Assembly: GCA_964016885.1 (NCBI GenBank) | Contig: OZ024740.1 | Coordinates: forward strand, 368,776,001-368,840,000 | Source of the DNA: Eledone cirrhosa | Lineage: Eukaryota | DNA: 64,000 nt | Direction of reading: 5' to 3' | Part shown: one piece after another, positions 14,883 to 27,059 of the stretch | How positions within the stretch are numbered: position 1 is the first letter of the stretch | Layout: the number at the start of each line of letters is the position of its first letter | Made by a program: the position numbers and the translations under genes | The notes under the pieces: generated by a model | What the model saw: the letters and a program-made list of their open reading frames with translations, nothing else | Databases searched by the model: none | What the model was told of the DNA's origin: nothing

Positions 14883-17800
14883 GGGAGACATGATATGATG
14901 GTTAAAACACACTTGTGAATAGTGCAGTTTTAAATCAACATATGAAATGTAGTTTTAGATTGATGTGTGATATTGGGAAAAAATGTTGAGGGATGAGGAG
15001 GTTGGAAAGGATGAACAGAAGGAGGAGATGAGAGTAAAAAGTTGAGGGGGAGGAGTATAGTGAGGAAGGATGAGATAGGAGGAGAGATGGGTGATAGAGA
15101 GAGAGAGATAGCTTTTATAACTAAGAAAAAATATATTCTTTTACATAGAGAGGTTGAAAAACCGTTGGAAGATAATATATGAATTAAAAGAATTTGAAAA
15201 TTAACGAAGAGAAAAATAATGTTAAGTTAAGGTTTGTATATTGAAGGGTTTAATAATATGTACGATGAAAAGAAATTGTTAATATCTATTAAGAATAATA
15301 TTTAAGTGTTTAATAATATGTGCGATAGAAAGAAATTGTTCATATGTATTATTAAAAAATATATAAACATATAGCAATAGTAATGTAAGTAAGGATATAT
15401 TGTGAAAGAAGTAGAAGATTGGATGAATAAGTTAGATGAGCATGAAAGGGAGAAAAAATAATGAATTGAGGATGAATAATCTAACGTTAAAAAAAAATGT
15501 TTATGTTTACAAAGGATATTTTCAAGGTGATATAAAGTAAGAATATATTGTGATGTGTAATAATTGTTTCTACGTTAGGCACAATGATAATTGAGAAGTA
15601 TCAGGAAGAAAAGGTACAGATTAGGGGTTGGAAATTAAAAGAAAAAGAAAAAGAAAAAGAAAATGAAAAAGAAAAAGATAAAAAGAAAAGAAAAGGAAAA
15701 AATAAAGAAAGGGAAGTGATAAATAGGAGAGATATAGAATGAGTAAATAGTATTATATAATGTATAATAAATAACTTTGAAATAAGGTAGAAAGATGGGT
15801 ATATTTTTAAAGAAATATATATATATATATATATGTGCCTTTGAGAAAAGGATTTTAAGTTGATAAAGTATTAGATATTAGCTGTATACTTTATGGAATG
15901 TTCTGTGGAATTTATGCAAGCAGAGAGAAAACAAGTCAGTGCGTCTATTTATTATAGAATCTAAATCAGATATAATGGTAAATTTTTCACTTAAACAGAG
16001 ATTGCATGTCTTGGTTAGAGAACTGTTCAAGCATGGAGAAGCAGAAGAAATATTTTTCCAAGAGATGTTATAGTTAATATTTTTGTCTTTCAAGGACCAT
16101 ATGAGTTCTGACAGTGCCGTGTTGGTTCTTTTAAGTTGGTATTTAAAATACGAATGATGATTATAAAGACGAGCTTTAAAGGAGGTGGAAGTAGAGCCAA
16201 AATAAGTGAAGGAATTGGTGTCAGTTATAACTTTACATTCGTAGAGTAAGTTTTTTCAAGCCAATGGTTGTTGAGAGGACATTTATTTTTAACAGGGCAA
16301 TTGCAATTGCGATTAGAGAGATTAGCAGAGTTATTAACAAGTGACCTAGTGTTATCTATAGAAGGAATTGGATTGGTGAAGTTATTTACGATAGGAATAC
16401 TAGTTTCTCGATTTAGAATGGGATTAAGAACATTTAGCGAATTTGCGTTTGACGTCGTATTTGGGTTTGCAGAAATTAGCCTAGAGTTTACAATGACGTC
16501 GGGAGTACTATTACTATTATTATGATATTCAGTGTTGGAAGGAAGAGATTTAGTATTTAGTATTTTAGTGTTGTGTTTAGAGATAATGTTGGAGAAGTTG
16601 GAGGAGGTCGAATAGGAAAATGTTATAGTGTGTTTGTTAAATATTTTACTATAGATATGTGAGTGAGGGAAGCATTTATTTAAGGCACTAAAGAATAATT
16701 TAGGAATATTATTATTAATAGAGATGGAGAAAGGAGCATTATACCAGATTATGTTTTTGTATCTAGGTCTTTCATTAAAGTTATTGGAATGATCATTATT
16801 AATTATTCTACTGTAAGATCTTCTAGAATTTGTTTCTTTACTATATTTGATTTTATCAGGATAATCGGCTTTAGAAAACGCGTTATTATAGTAATTGGCG
16901 ATAGCATCAAAGATGTTTTTATTAGAAGATAGGTTAGATATTCTTTTTCCAATATTACTAACTATATCATTCTTAATATTAGTGGGGTGGTTAGATTTAA
17001 AATTAACATAATTTAGGTTCTCATTGTTTTTATGGTAAGGGTAATATAGGCAAGTATCAAGATTAAGAGATACATCCAAGAAATTAGCTAGTTTGATGTT
17101 GTTATCAAATTCAATTTTTAAGTTATGTTGGTTAAAGAGATTACGTATATTGGTCTTAATAATATTAAGGTTAACTATGTTGCAATTTAAGATAGTAAAG
17201 AGTCCATCGTCACGATAAATTCCACCGCGAATTTGAGGAATTTTCCGACTCAAAGAGTTCAAAATAAATATACCAATTAAATCTGTCAATTGGGATGAAT
17301 CGTATGCTCCCATTGTGGTGTCAAAGTTGTTAGAGGTATCAACTCTGGTCCAATATTCATTGTTGAACTCTAGGATGGTTTTACGTGCGGTGAGAATGAT
17401 GTGATGTTCATCTGTGGTGATGTCTGAATGTTTGTAAGCGAAAGATACAGCATTGTTGAAAAGTGAGGGCGAAATAGAAGAATAGTAGCTGGCAATATCA
17501 AATTGAATAAATATTTGTTTGTTTTTGTTAATCAATTTGTTGAACCAGACAATCACATCAGGAGTACCACCCCATACATTTAGGTTCAAAGAAGAGCAAT
17601 TAGAACGAACCTGTGGGATAATTCTATCCAAGATGGCTTTGCTAACAACCCCCAGATATGATTTAGAGGGGGCGATTAATCTAACAGTTAGTTCAGTACG
17701 AAAATTGTTTTTGCGATCCTTGAGAGTTCCTGAGAGGAATGGTTCGGTCTTTTTTCCGATGCCAAGTTTTGACATAATCTCAGAGGCTTCAAAGTTTATG

Positions 17801-18718
17801 GATTCTAAATTATCATATATATTTCTTTAAAAATATACCCATCTTTCTACCTTATTTCAAAGTTATTTATTATACATTATATAATACTATTTACTCATTC
17901 TATATCACTCATATTTATCACTTCCCTTTCTTTATTTTTTCATTTTCCTTTCTTTTCTACTTTTTCTTTTTCTTTTAATTTCTAACCCCTAATCTGTACC
18001 TTTTATTCCTGATACTTCTCAATTATCATTGTGCCTAACGTAGAAACAATTATTACACAGCACAATATATTCTTACTTTATATCACCTTGAAAAAATCCT
18101 TCGTAAATATAAACATTTTTTTTGACGTTAGATTATTCATCCTCAATTCATTATTTTTTCTCCCTTTCATGCTCATCTAACTTATTCATCCAATCTTCTA
18201 CTTCTTTCACAATATATCCTTACTTACATTACTATTGCTATATTTTTATATTTTTTTAAATAATACATATCAACAATTTCTTTCCATCGCACATATTATT
18301 AAACCCTTAAATATTATTCTTAATAGATATTAACAATTTCTTTTCATCGCACATATTATTAAACCCTTCAATATACAAACCTTAACTTAACATTATTATT
18401 CTCTTCGTTAATTTTCAAATTCTTTTAATTTATATATTATCTTCCAACGGTTTTTCAACCTCTCTATGTAAAACAATATATTTTTTCTCAGTTATAAAAG
18501 CTATCTCTCTCTCTCTATCACCCATCTCTCCTCCTATCTCATCCTTCCTAATTATACTCCTCCCCCTCCACTTTTTACTCTCATCTCCTCCTCCTTTTCA
18601 TCCTCCTCCCATCAAATTTGTTTCCCAATATCACACATCAATCTAAAACTACTTTTCATGTGTTGATTTAAAACTGCACTATTCACAAGTGTGTTTTAAC
18701 CTTCATATCATGTCTCCC

Positions 18719-18777
18719 TATTTTATCTGACGAAAACGCATGATGATATTTGTTTTTGAAATGCGCATAATAAAATA
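18719..18777 (+). ncRNA. Type I hammerhead ribozyme (right arm copy), AUA site
   Basis: tattttat/ataaaata 8-bp stem I; CTGACGA 18727-33; GAAA 18758-61; palindromic atgcgcat stem III; 12 nt shorter in stem II than the left copy. Confidence 0.75.
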
Positions 18778-18900
18778 CATGGAACTCTTTTAAACATCTT
18801 TTGATCTTATATATTATTTATACTCCAGTCCTACAAACTGTAGAGTGCTTCTTATCCGATATCTGCATTGCTTTATTGTACTACAATAGAACTCACCTCC

Positions 18901-18958
<58 letters not shown>

Positions 18959-21141
18959 GTCGTCAAAAAAAAAAAGGATATATATATATATACATATATA
19001 TTTATGTATAGATAGAGAGGGGGGGGTGAGAGAGAGAGAGGTTGAGAGAAAAAAAAATATATATATAGTTGAGTATACAAACAAATCTAAAGGGCACTTT
19101 TTTTTTTTTCTTTTTTATAAAAACGATTTGACTTAAATACACGCCTCCTTGGTTAACTCACCCGCGCTATCAGAAGAGAATTTCTATTATGCCAGTGATA
19201 TATTTAAAGCAATTTGGTTTGCTTTTTATAAGCGAATGCTTACATGCATGCAGGCACAGATATATCCAATCACAAATAGACAAACGCGCACGTGCGCGTG
19301 CGCAAATTGTATATGTGTGTGCATACATCTGGGTGCACACGTACGTGTCTATGTTTGTATACATGCATACATAACATTATTAAATGAAATATATTAACAG
19401 AATACTATATATATACCAATTCATCTCAAATTTCTCCTTCAATTATTCTCTCTTTAAAATTGAATCTCCGTAAAAACATGTCTACAATGCTATGTTTTAT
19501 TTGGATTTGAATAACAGCTCGTACACAAATGATGCAATAATACAACATTTGTAGAACTTGCTTAATTACTGTTATCGGTTCGTCTTAGAACTCCTGATAA
19601 TAAAGATTATTTCATTCTATACTTTGCAAAATGGCTCCTTATGGAAATCATTAATAATGCCATTGTTTGAAGATGTGGCACAGTTACCTTTTTGTTTGTA
19701 AGGTAAGTTATGATATTATCTGTACAATACACGCTTTTATACAACAGTTATACTGAAATACAATTTCGTTTGGAATGCTTTCAAAACTGATATACGAATA
19801 AGACAGTTTGCAACATTCCTCCATTAAGTTTCAGCTCGTTCATCTTAAAATCCATCAATACCTAAAGTGCTAAATTGATAATGAGATCTATAGTAGATTT
19901 TAGATTTCAATGCCACTTCATTTAGTAAGGAATCTCTTAGATATCCTTATTATACAAATTAATATGGTTGGCACTACCTTAACAACAATGCATGAAATGA
20001 TTTTATTAGTGAAAATGATATCCAATATTTCAAGAATTTTGCATTTCCTGTCATGTGATTATGAATTGAATATAAATTAAATTGTTTTGCTAATTTTACG
20101 AATACTTCCCTAACGCATTGAAATATGGTCTAAACCGACTGAATTTGGCATTTAAATGGCTTGCTGAAGTCAACTATGATTAAATTTCTGCAGCAATATT
20201 GGATACACTGCAATTAATATCACTGGCAGGATATTAGTTGCAACATGCTTAATGAATAGGATGATCAGATATGTCATACCCCAATACAACCCTTATGTAG
20301 TTGCTGAAATGAAAATATAAGAAGGAATTGCTTTTATTTTTAAATCGCATCCGACATTTATAGAAAATGGCATTCTGAAAAATATTTTGCTCTTGCTACA
20401 TTATGAACATTTTAAAATTCTGGGTGATCAAGGATATATGAGGGCTACAGAAGAAATACTCCAATAATCCTAACACTTATTAGGGCTAAGTAAAAAGGTA
20501 ATCTACTGCAATTCTAAATAGTAAACATATATACATTCAGACGGTGCAAACGTCACGTTTTTGCCCCAAAACAATTCTCTTTGTCATCCTTCTCTTTCAA
20601 ACGTTTCTATATTTCATCTGCATCTCATCCACCTTGTGGGTGGTCTCTTTTTTTACCACTGATCGTTAATCTCTCTCCTCTGAGGCATTTGTATCCGTCG
20701 TTGTCTTTGACACCTTTTAGCTGTTTTATCGAGTTTCTTGCGATGCATTTAAATACCCTCCCACTTCGACTCAATCAGAGAATACATTGTTTTGACTTAT
20801 TTATATATTTATATATATCCAAACAAATGGGCGCACTAGATAAAAAAAAACAAGAAAGCAAAGGAAAGAAAGACAGTCACATCGCTTCGGTGAACCTCTG
20901 CAGAACGCTACAGTACCAGTGCATTAGTGTTGATACTATTCATTCTGGTGCACATTGAGACGTACCAAGACACATACAAGCAAAGCCAGGCCAAGTAAAC
21001 AATTAAGGAGGGAAAGATATCCAATATATATCAACTGGAGAAGAAGCGGGATTATGGTGTATGATGGCTTAGCCAAAGGAGAAAAATAACTAAAATGGGA
21101 AATTGTAACAGAAAAATAATATATATATAACAGCAGTATGC

Positions 21142-21180
<39 letters not shown>

Positions 21181-21198
21181 TATATAATTATACATATA

Positions 21199-21250
<52 letters not shown>

Positions 21251-21262
21251 TATATATATATA

Positions 21263-21327
<65 letters not shown>

Positions 21328-21742
21328 TTAGAATTGGTGCTCTGAAATAGCATGTGTACAATGTTATTTTTTATTTGGATTTGAATAACAGCTCGTACAC
21401 AAATGCCATTAATACAACATTTGTAGAACTTGCTTGATTATTGTATGTATAGTATATTTGCCCATATACCGTATGTTTAATTAAAAACCTTTTGAAGAAC
21501 ATACGCTATCGGTTTTAAAGTACTGACTATGTCACTTACTTCTTTTCGGCGAAAGAAAAGAGACAAGATAACAGTCTGTTTCACGCTGTTTGGCGATCAT
21601 GAGAGCCACGCTTGCCCTGCTTTCACCGAAAATTATAGAAGCTGGATTCTTATAGAATCCCAGTAATAAGCAGGAGATGATTATACGGAGCGAATGCCGG
21701 TCCAGCGACAATTATAATTTTCGGCTGAAGCAGGGAGTGCGT

Positions 21743-21784
21743 GGCTCTGATGATCGCCAAACAGGGTGAAACAGACTGTAAGCT
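21743..21784 (+). ncRNA. Type I hammerhead ribozyme, GUA site (stem II mismatch)
   Basis: ggct-CTGATGA-t cgc caaaca ggg t-GAAAC agact GTA-agct; distal gggag/ctccc pairing. Confidence 0.8.
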
Positions 21785-22027
21785 TCTCTCCCTTCTTTCG
21801 CTGAAAACCGATAGCGTATGTTCTTCAAAATGTTTTTAATTAAGCATACAGTATATTGGCAAATATACCATAGAAACATTCATGTATACATCGCTATTTC
21901 AGACCACAACTCATAATAGCTAATTTTTTCTGGATCGGCAATCGCTCTGTATAATCAGCTCCTGATTATTACTGGAATTCTATAAGAATCCAGCTTCTCT
22001 AATTTTCGGTGGAAGCAGGGAGTGCGT

Positions 22028-22069
22028 GGCTCTGATGATCGCCAAACAGCGTGAAACAGACTGTTAGAT
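22028..22069 (+). ncRNA. Type I hammerhead ribozyme, GUU site (stem I mismatch)
   Basis: ggct-CTGATGA-t cgc caaaca gcg t-GAAAC agact GTT-agat. Confidence 0.8.
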
Positions 22070-22170
22070 TCTCTTCCTTCTTTTACCGAAAAGAAGTAAG
22101 TGACATAGTTACTACTTTAAAAAGGTTTTTAATTAATCATACGGTATATTGCCAAATATATTATACATAC

Positions 22171-22238
<68 letters not shown>

Positions 22239-22327
22239 GTATGTATAATATATTTAGCAATATACCGTATGATTAATTAAAAACCTTTTTAAAGTAGTAA
22301 CTATGTCACTTACTTTTATATATATAT

Positions 22328-22580
22328 AAGCTATAGTAATTGAAAATCGAACTGGCAAGACAGATCACAACAGACACACAAACACTCAATTTCAATTTTA
22401 CTTTTGAAAATCATACGAACTGTGGAACCGGTAAAGTAAAAGAATAAATAGTCTTAAAAACTCCAGTTGCACTTTCAATTTATTCTCCTTACACGTTCAT
22501 CCGTGTGGGACATTTCTTTAAAAAAGAAAAAAAAACTCGTTTTCTTACACACACACATGTTCGATTTTCAATTACTATAG

Positions 22581-22583
<3 letters not shown>
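22328..22583 (+). mobile_element. Solo 3' end (pLTR) of the Neptune-like family seen at 50.4-53.9 kb, with 25-bp inverted tip and decayed U3-A8 HHR (22396-22441)
   Basis: ttttactt-TTGAAAA-tcatacgaactgt-GGAAC cg GTA-aagtaaaa...actccagttgca matches 53784-53870; perfect inverted repeat 22328-22352/22559-22583. Confidence 0.7.
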
Positions 22584-22639
<56 letters not shown>

Positions 22640-23371
22640 GCAGAAGTACCCGGCGTTGCCCGGGTGTAAGTCGAACTTTGGTCTGTTGTTAAAATGTTTG
22701 AAAGTTACTTCCCGCGCATCACAGGTGCAAAAACCTTCGAACCTCAAGGAAAAAAAACAGAGTTTAGTATACGGAGGTGTGTAATTCAGCATAAATAATG
22801 GATCAATTGTAGGTTCAGAGTGTATCGTTGAAATTGTTCTTTGCAAGACTGACGGAAGTCAAATTCAATTGAAATTGAATTTTCAGTTGATTTTTAAAGC
22901 AGGGTGAAAAAGTCGATTTTTTCAAATATTTTTTTTTTTTTTTTACAATTTTGGCGCTCACGTGTGCAGAAGAAGAAATAAAAGGGACTTTATCTGAATC
23001 GCGGCCTAATGGACGATTCATTTGCGACAGTTTTCACGAAAATCGGATGTACCTGTAAAACATTATCCCATCTGCAACTTTGCCTTGTTTTTTGCGCAAA
23101 GTCGAACCCCCGCTTCAGTTTTATTCACTTTTTACATGAACGCGTGATCTCTGAAGTAGATTTGAGTAGCTAAAGACCTGTCCCGGTAAATTTGCTATAT
23201 GTGAAAAAAAGTTGATCAAAATTGCGTCCAGGGTTATTGCCCTTTGCAACAGCCTCAAGAACATGTAATTAAAAAGATTTACCATGGACTATCGTGCACG
23301 TTGGTATTGTGTTTAGCCTGCGAACATTGGTGATCAAATGAGGCAACAATAAGCCATACTGATGACGTTTA

Positions 23372-23868
23372 AGCGGGTGGCAAGGAATTGATGCGGCATA
23401 GATAGCCATGGGAGTCTTGAAGGAGCACGGCGGTCAGGCGAAAGAAAGGGCCGAGGAGGGGATGGTGGCTGACAGTGCATGGAGGCGGCATTCTGAGGCC
23501 TCAAGATGTAGTAGGGCGACGGCCAGCAGGCAAGGAAGAGGGCAGAAGTGGACGGTGGCAAGGATGCCGCATGGTGATCCATGGCAGTCTTGAAGGAGCA
23601 CTGCGGGCATGAAAAAGAAAGGGCCAAGGAGGGGATGGCGGCTGACAGAGCATTGATTTCTGCATGGTGATGCATGACGATGCAGTGGGACGACTGCGTG
23701 CAGGGAAGGGAGAAAGCCGAGATTGACGGTTGTAGGGATTCCGCATGGTGAACCAAGGCACTCGTGACGGACCAAGTCGTGCGGGTAAGGGAGAGGGAAG
23801 AGGAGGGCATGGTGGCTGACAGAGCATGGATGCGGCATGGTGAGGCATGAAGATGCAGTGGGATGACA
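23372..23868. repeat. GC-rich minisatellite, period about 173 bp built from about 87-bp halves
   Basis: Units start at 23406, 23579 and 23753 (cca.gg..tc.tga.gga.ca...ggaggg.atgg.ggctgacag). Confidence 0.8.
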
Positions 23869-23875
23869 TATATAT

Positions 23876-23980
<105 letters not shown>

Positions 23981-23985
23981 TACAT

Positions 23986-24187
23986 ATATACATAACTATA
24001 TATGTGTGTGTTTATCTATGTATGTATTTTATCAGCAGGCAGGAGGTTTTGGCTGCGCCAATGAGGTGGAAGAGAGGGAAAGAGAGTATATACATAACTA
24101 TATATGTGCGTGTTAATCTATCTATGTATTTTATCAGCAGGCAGGAGGTGTGGCTGCGCCAGTGAGATGGAAGAGAGGGAAAGAGAG
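23986..24187. repeat. Two-copy tandem duplication, about 101 bp
   Basis: tatacataactatatatgtg...cagcaggcaggagg...ggctgcgcca...gaagagagggaaagagag twice. Confidence 0.9.
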
Positions 24188-24519
24188 TAAGTTAGAGTTG
24201 TCGTGATTTTTGCCTCTGGTGATCGAATTATCGATTTTTCGAAAATTTAATGTAGTGCACGTTTATCCCCGGATCAAAATACACACTTGCGTCGAGTTTC
24301 ATCGATTTTTGAAAATATCGATTTTTGGCTTCAGGGGTCCCGATTATCGATTTTTCGAAATTTTCAAGTAGCCTATTCCACTCTACGCGTTGAGTTTTAT
24401 ATATGTTTTAGAAGCATAGTGATCTCCAGCATAGCATCTTTACAACCAGACCTAGGGTTTGCTATGATATTCCTAATGCCGTCCTTTATCCCATTGATGA
24501 GCCTGACTTTGATGACACA

Positions 24520-25651
24520 TCTATATATATAAAACTGAGGTTGTCTGTCTGTCTACTAAAACCTTCGGCACACATCTCCTCTTAAACCGTACGTTCAAAT
24601 GTCGGTGAAATTGCTACACTTATAGATGAAGGTCCGGCGGAACCATCGGTCAAATAAATTTTCAAATCGACCCACGCCAAGTGTAAAAATCGAATTTGTA
24701 ATGTATTGATTTTTCAGTTCAAATGTATAAATAGAGATGAGAGACGAGTTATTTCCCTTTTATGGCGTCATTTGCTTATCTATTTATGTTACGTATAAAC
24801 GACGCAGTGGACCGAGAAGAACAATTTCATGCAAAGAGAAGACCAAGTTTATGGTGTAAATGGAGTCGTTAGCCTAATATTCTATTTAAAATAACCGAAT
24901 GATTTCCAGCCCCGGAGTTTAAGAATGATGTAAATAAAATTGTAAACGAAAATGACAAGTTATTAAAATAGTTGTTTCTACTTTTGGCACAAGGCCAGCA
25001 ATTAAACAGTACATTACTGGTACTTTATTTTATCGACCCCGTAAGGATGAAAGGCAAAGTTAACCTCGACGGGATTTTAACTTTGCCTTAACATAGTAAA
25101 AATAAATAGTGAAGATTTAGGCCAGTACATACGTATGCACCGACGAACATACACATACTTATACATACGCACACACAAATACATACACACACACACACGT
25201 GCGCGCGCGCGCGTGTGTGTAAACCTTATGCATTTCTACAGTATTTTCACCAAACTTAAGACATAGGTTACTCATGTAATCCGGATGGTCATGGACACTT
25301 TCATTTTTCCAGATATTGATTATAGGGCCTCCCGGCGGATAACGCCCTTTAACCACTTCCTTGGAGTCGACTGAAGCACTGCAGAGCAATGCAAAAAAAA
25401 CGTCATAACTTCTGGAGTTCGCAACCGATTTTCACAAAACTTGACACATGGGATACGTTTGTTCTACAGATGAATGTGAACTCTCAGAATTGGCACATAT
25501 TCAGTAGGGGACCCCTGAGGGCAGGAACCCCCTTTTGGAAAAAGTCGATGAGTTTATAAAGTATAGTTTTCGAAGCAGCACTGAAGTATTGACATAAATG
25601 GCATACATAACTGCTATTTAATACCCGAGCAATGCCGGGTACCTCTGCTAG
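24520..25651 (+). mobile_element. Complete non-autonomous Helitron (1132 bp)
   Basis: A|TCTATATATATAAAA 5' end; 3' cccgagcaatgccggg hairpin plus tacctctgCTAG|T; AT target, no TSD. Confidence 0.9.
24970..25083 (-). mobile_element. tRNA-SINE fragment nested in the Helitron
   Basis: Reverse complement of tttgcctttcatccttacggggtcgataaaataaagtaccag core, as at 62239-62422. Confidence 0.85.
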
Positions 25652-26030
25652 TACCCTATATTTTTGATAGCTCCAAAGAAAGGAATTGTTGGTGGTAAAT
25701 AGGGGATATGTTGAGCACACACACAATCAGTCTTCAAAATAACCGCACGATCTCCAAATCCTTTCTCAGGTATTTTCGTGACCACATGGATGATTAAGGG
25801 AGTATATTTATTCTGGGACCTTGTGATCAAGACCACAAAGTCAAAAACAACCGTCCTGATACTGATGTAAAAAGACAGCCCCACAAATGGATTCTAATTG
25901 GGGTTGTGATCTCTGAAAGCAACAATATTGCTGGAAATGAATTGGAAAATATCAATAAGTATGCAATCCGTGCAGGTGCATTTAGAACTGAGAAATATGT
26001 ACATATAGATAAAGCAGCGTAATCGGGATC
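25652..26030 (+). mobile_element. Decayed R4/Dong-type RLE domain fragment
   Basis: YLFWDLVIKTT..NNRPDTDVK...ILIGVVISESNNIAGNELENINKY resembles LWD...NRPD...LIDV...N...KE.EK..KY. Confidence 0.55.
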
Positions 26031-27059
26031 AACAAAACTTTATTCAATTTAAATCATCAGCAAGTACTATAATTTTGATAATTATGTCATGTATGCCATG
26101 TATTAATTGTTAATATCTTTATGAAAGTAAAGTCACTCGATCGTATTGGACTCAATACAGATAAATAATGAATGTATTCACTGTACTATATGTTGTAGCA
26201 AATATATCATACGAAACACGATATTTGTTCTCTATTGCACAGAATATATATCTTTGTTATAAAACTTTTAATAACAACATATACCGTTGAAAAGAGATTA
26301 GTTTTCAAAGCATTTTCCTCCATCGCATATATCTGTGAAACAAACACATATATACACCAGCTATACCCGTATGGATAATTGAAAAACTATAAATCATATA
26401 CTGTTAATGGGTTATATACGAACATGGATAAAAAGAACGTTTAATATAGAACATTATATGTAATACTCATATAGAACTAACAAATTAAATACACATGTTT
26501 AAAAGAAAATTTGCTTTGTGAAATCTGGTTCTACGGGGAGGGAAATCTACATATTAATCAGTCATTTTACGGTGCTATTTGGATATAAGTGATACAAGTG
26601 CAAAGGATTGAAATTAAAGCAAAAACTAAATTATACACTCTAGGGAAGAAGTATATTGAGTTAAACTCAGAAGTGGTGAATTATTATTTAATCCAAAAGT
26701 CATTACTAGACTAACACATTTAATATAAATACATTAGGTATAGAACACGATTTGGAAATTATTACTGAAATAATATTTGGAAATGAATCAACCTTAGGCA
26801 TTTCTATGCTCCCAACTTTTATTGCATTATGAATTAACCAATGTTTGTTTTTGTTGTTTTTATTTTCACGTCATATTTCTATCGTGCGCAAATCTAAACT
26901 ATAGAGTATTTGGTAAAATGAATTCACAACGCAAGGAAAAATTATAAGGTATATATTGTCTCATGAAAATAAACATTTTCTTTCTCTTTTAACTGCACTT
27001 TCCCTCATTCAAACAGTTTGTTTGCAATTATATTTATATACATCGCATACATCGCACGT

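Larger units (their letters stand above)
14768..18822 (-). mobile_element. 5'-truncated Hydra-clade-like PLE (ORF remnants about 17810-15878) with about 1-kb inverted arms (14768-15830 vs 17815-18822)
   Basis: 516-aa ORF: RLIAPSKS, FDIASYY, MGAYDS, GGIYRDDGL, FLDV, IIWYNAPFS, CNCPVKNKCPL; GIY-YIG YFGSTSTSFKARL, CNLCLSEK; arms are reverse complements. Confidence 0.93.
21323..22316 (+). mobile_element. Non-coding HHR-bearing tandem/inverted element (retrozyme-like or non-autonomous mini-PLE), unit about 290 bp
   Basis: Inverted unit about 21445-21714, partial direct unit 21715-21879, full unit 21880-22175; HHR cores at 21747, 22032 and (- strand) about 21600; TA flanks. Confidence 0.75.

Noticed and set aside
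22328-22583. MITE with 25-bp TIRs
   Set aside because: Interior is homologous to the Neptune-like pLTR including its HHR, so the inverted repeat is better explained as a PLE inverted tip
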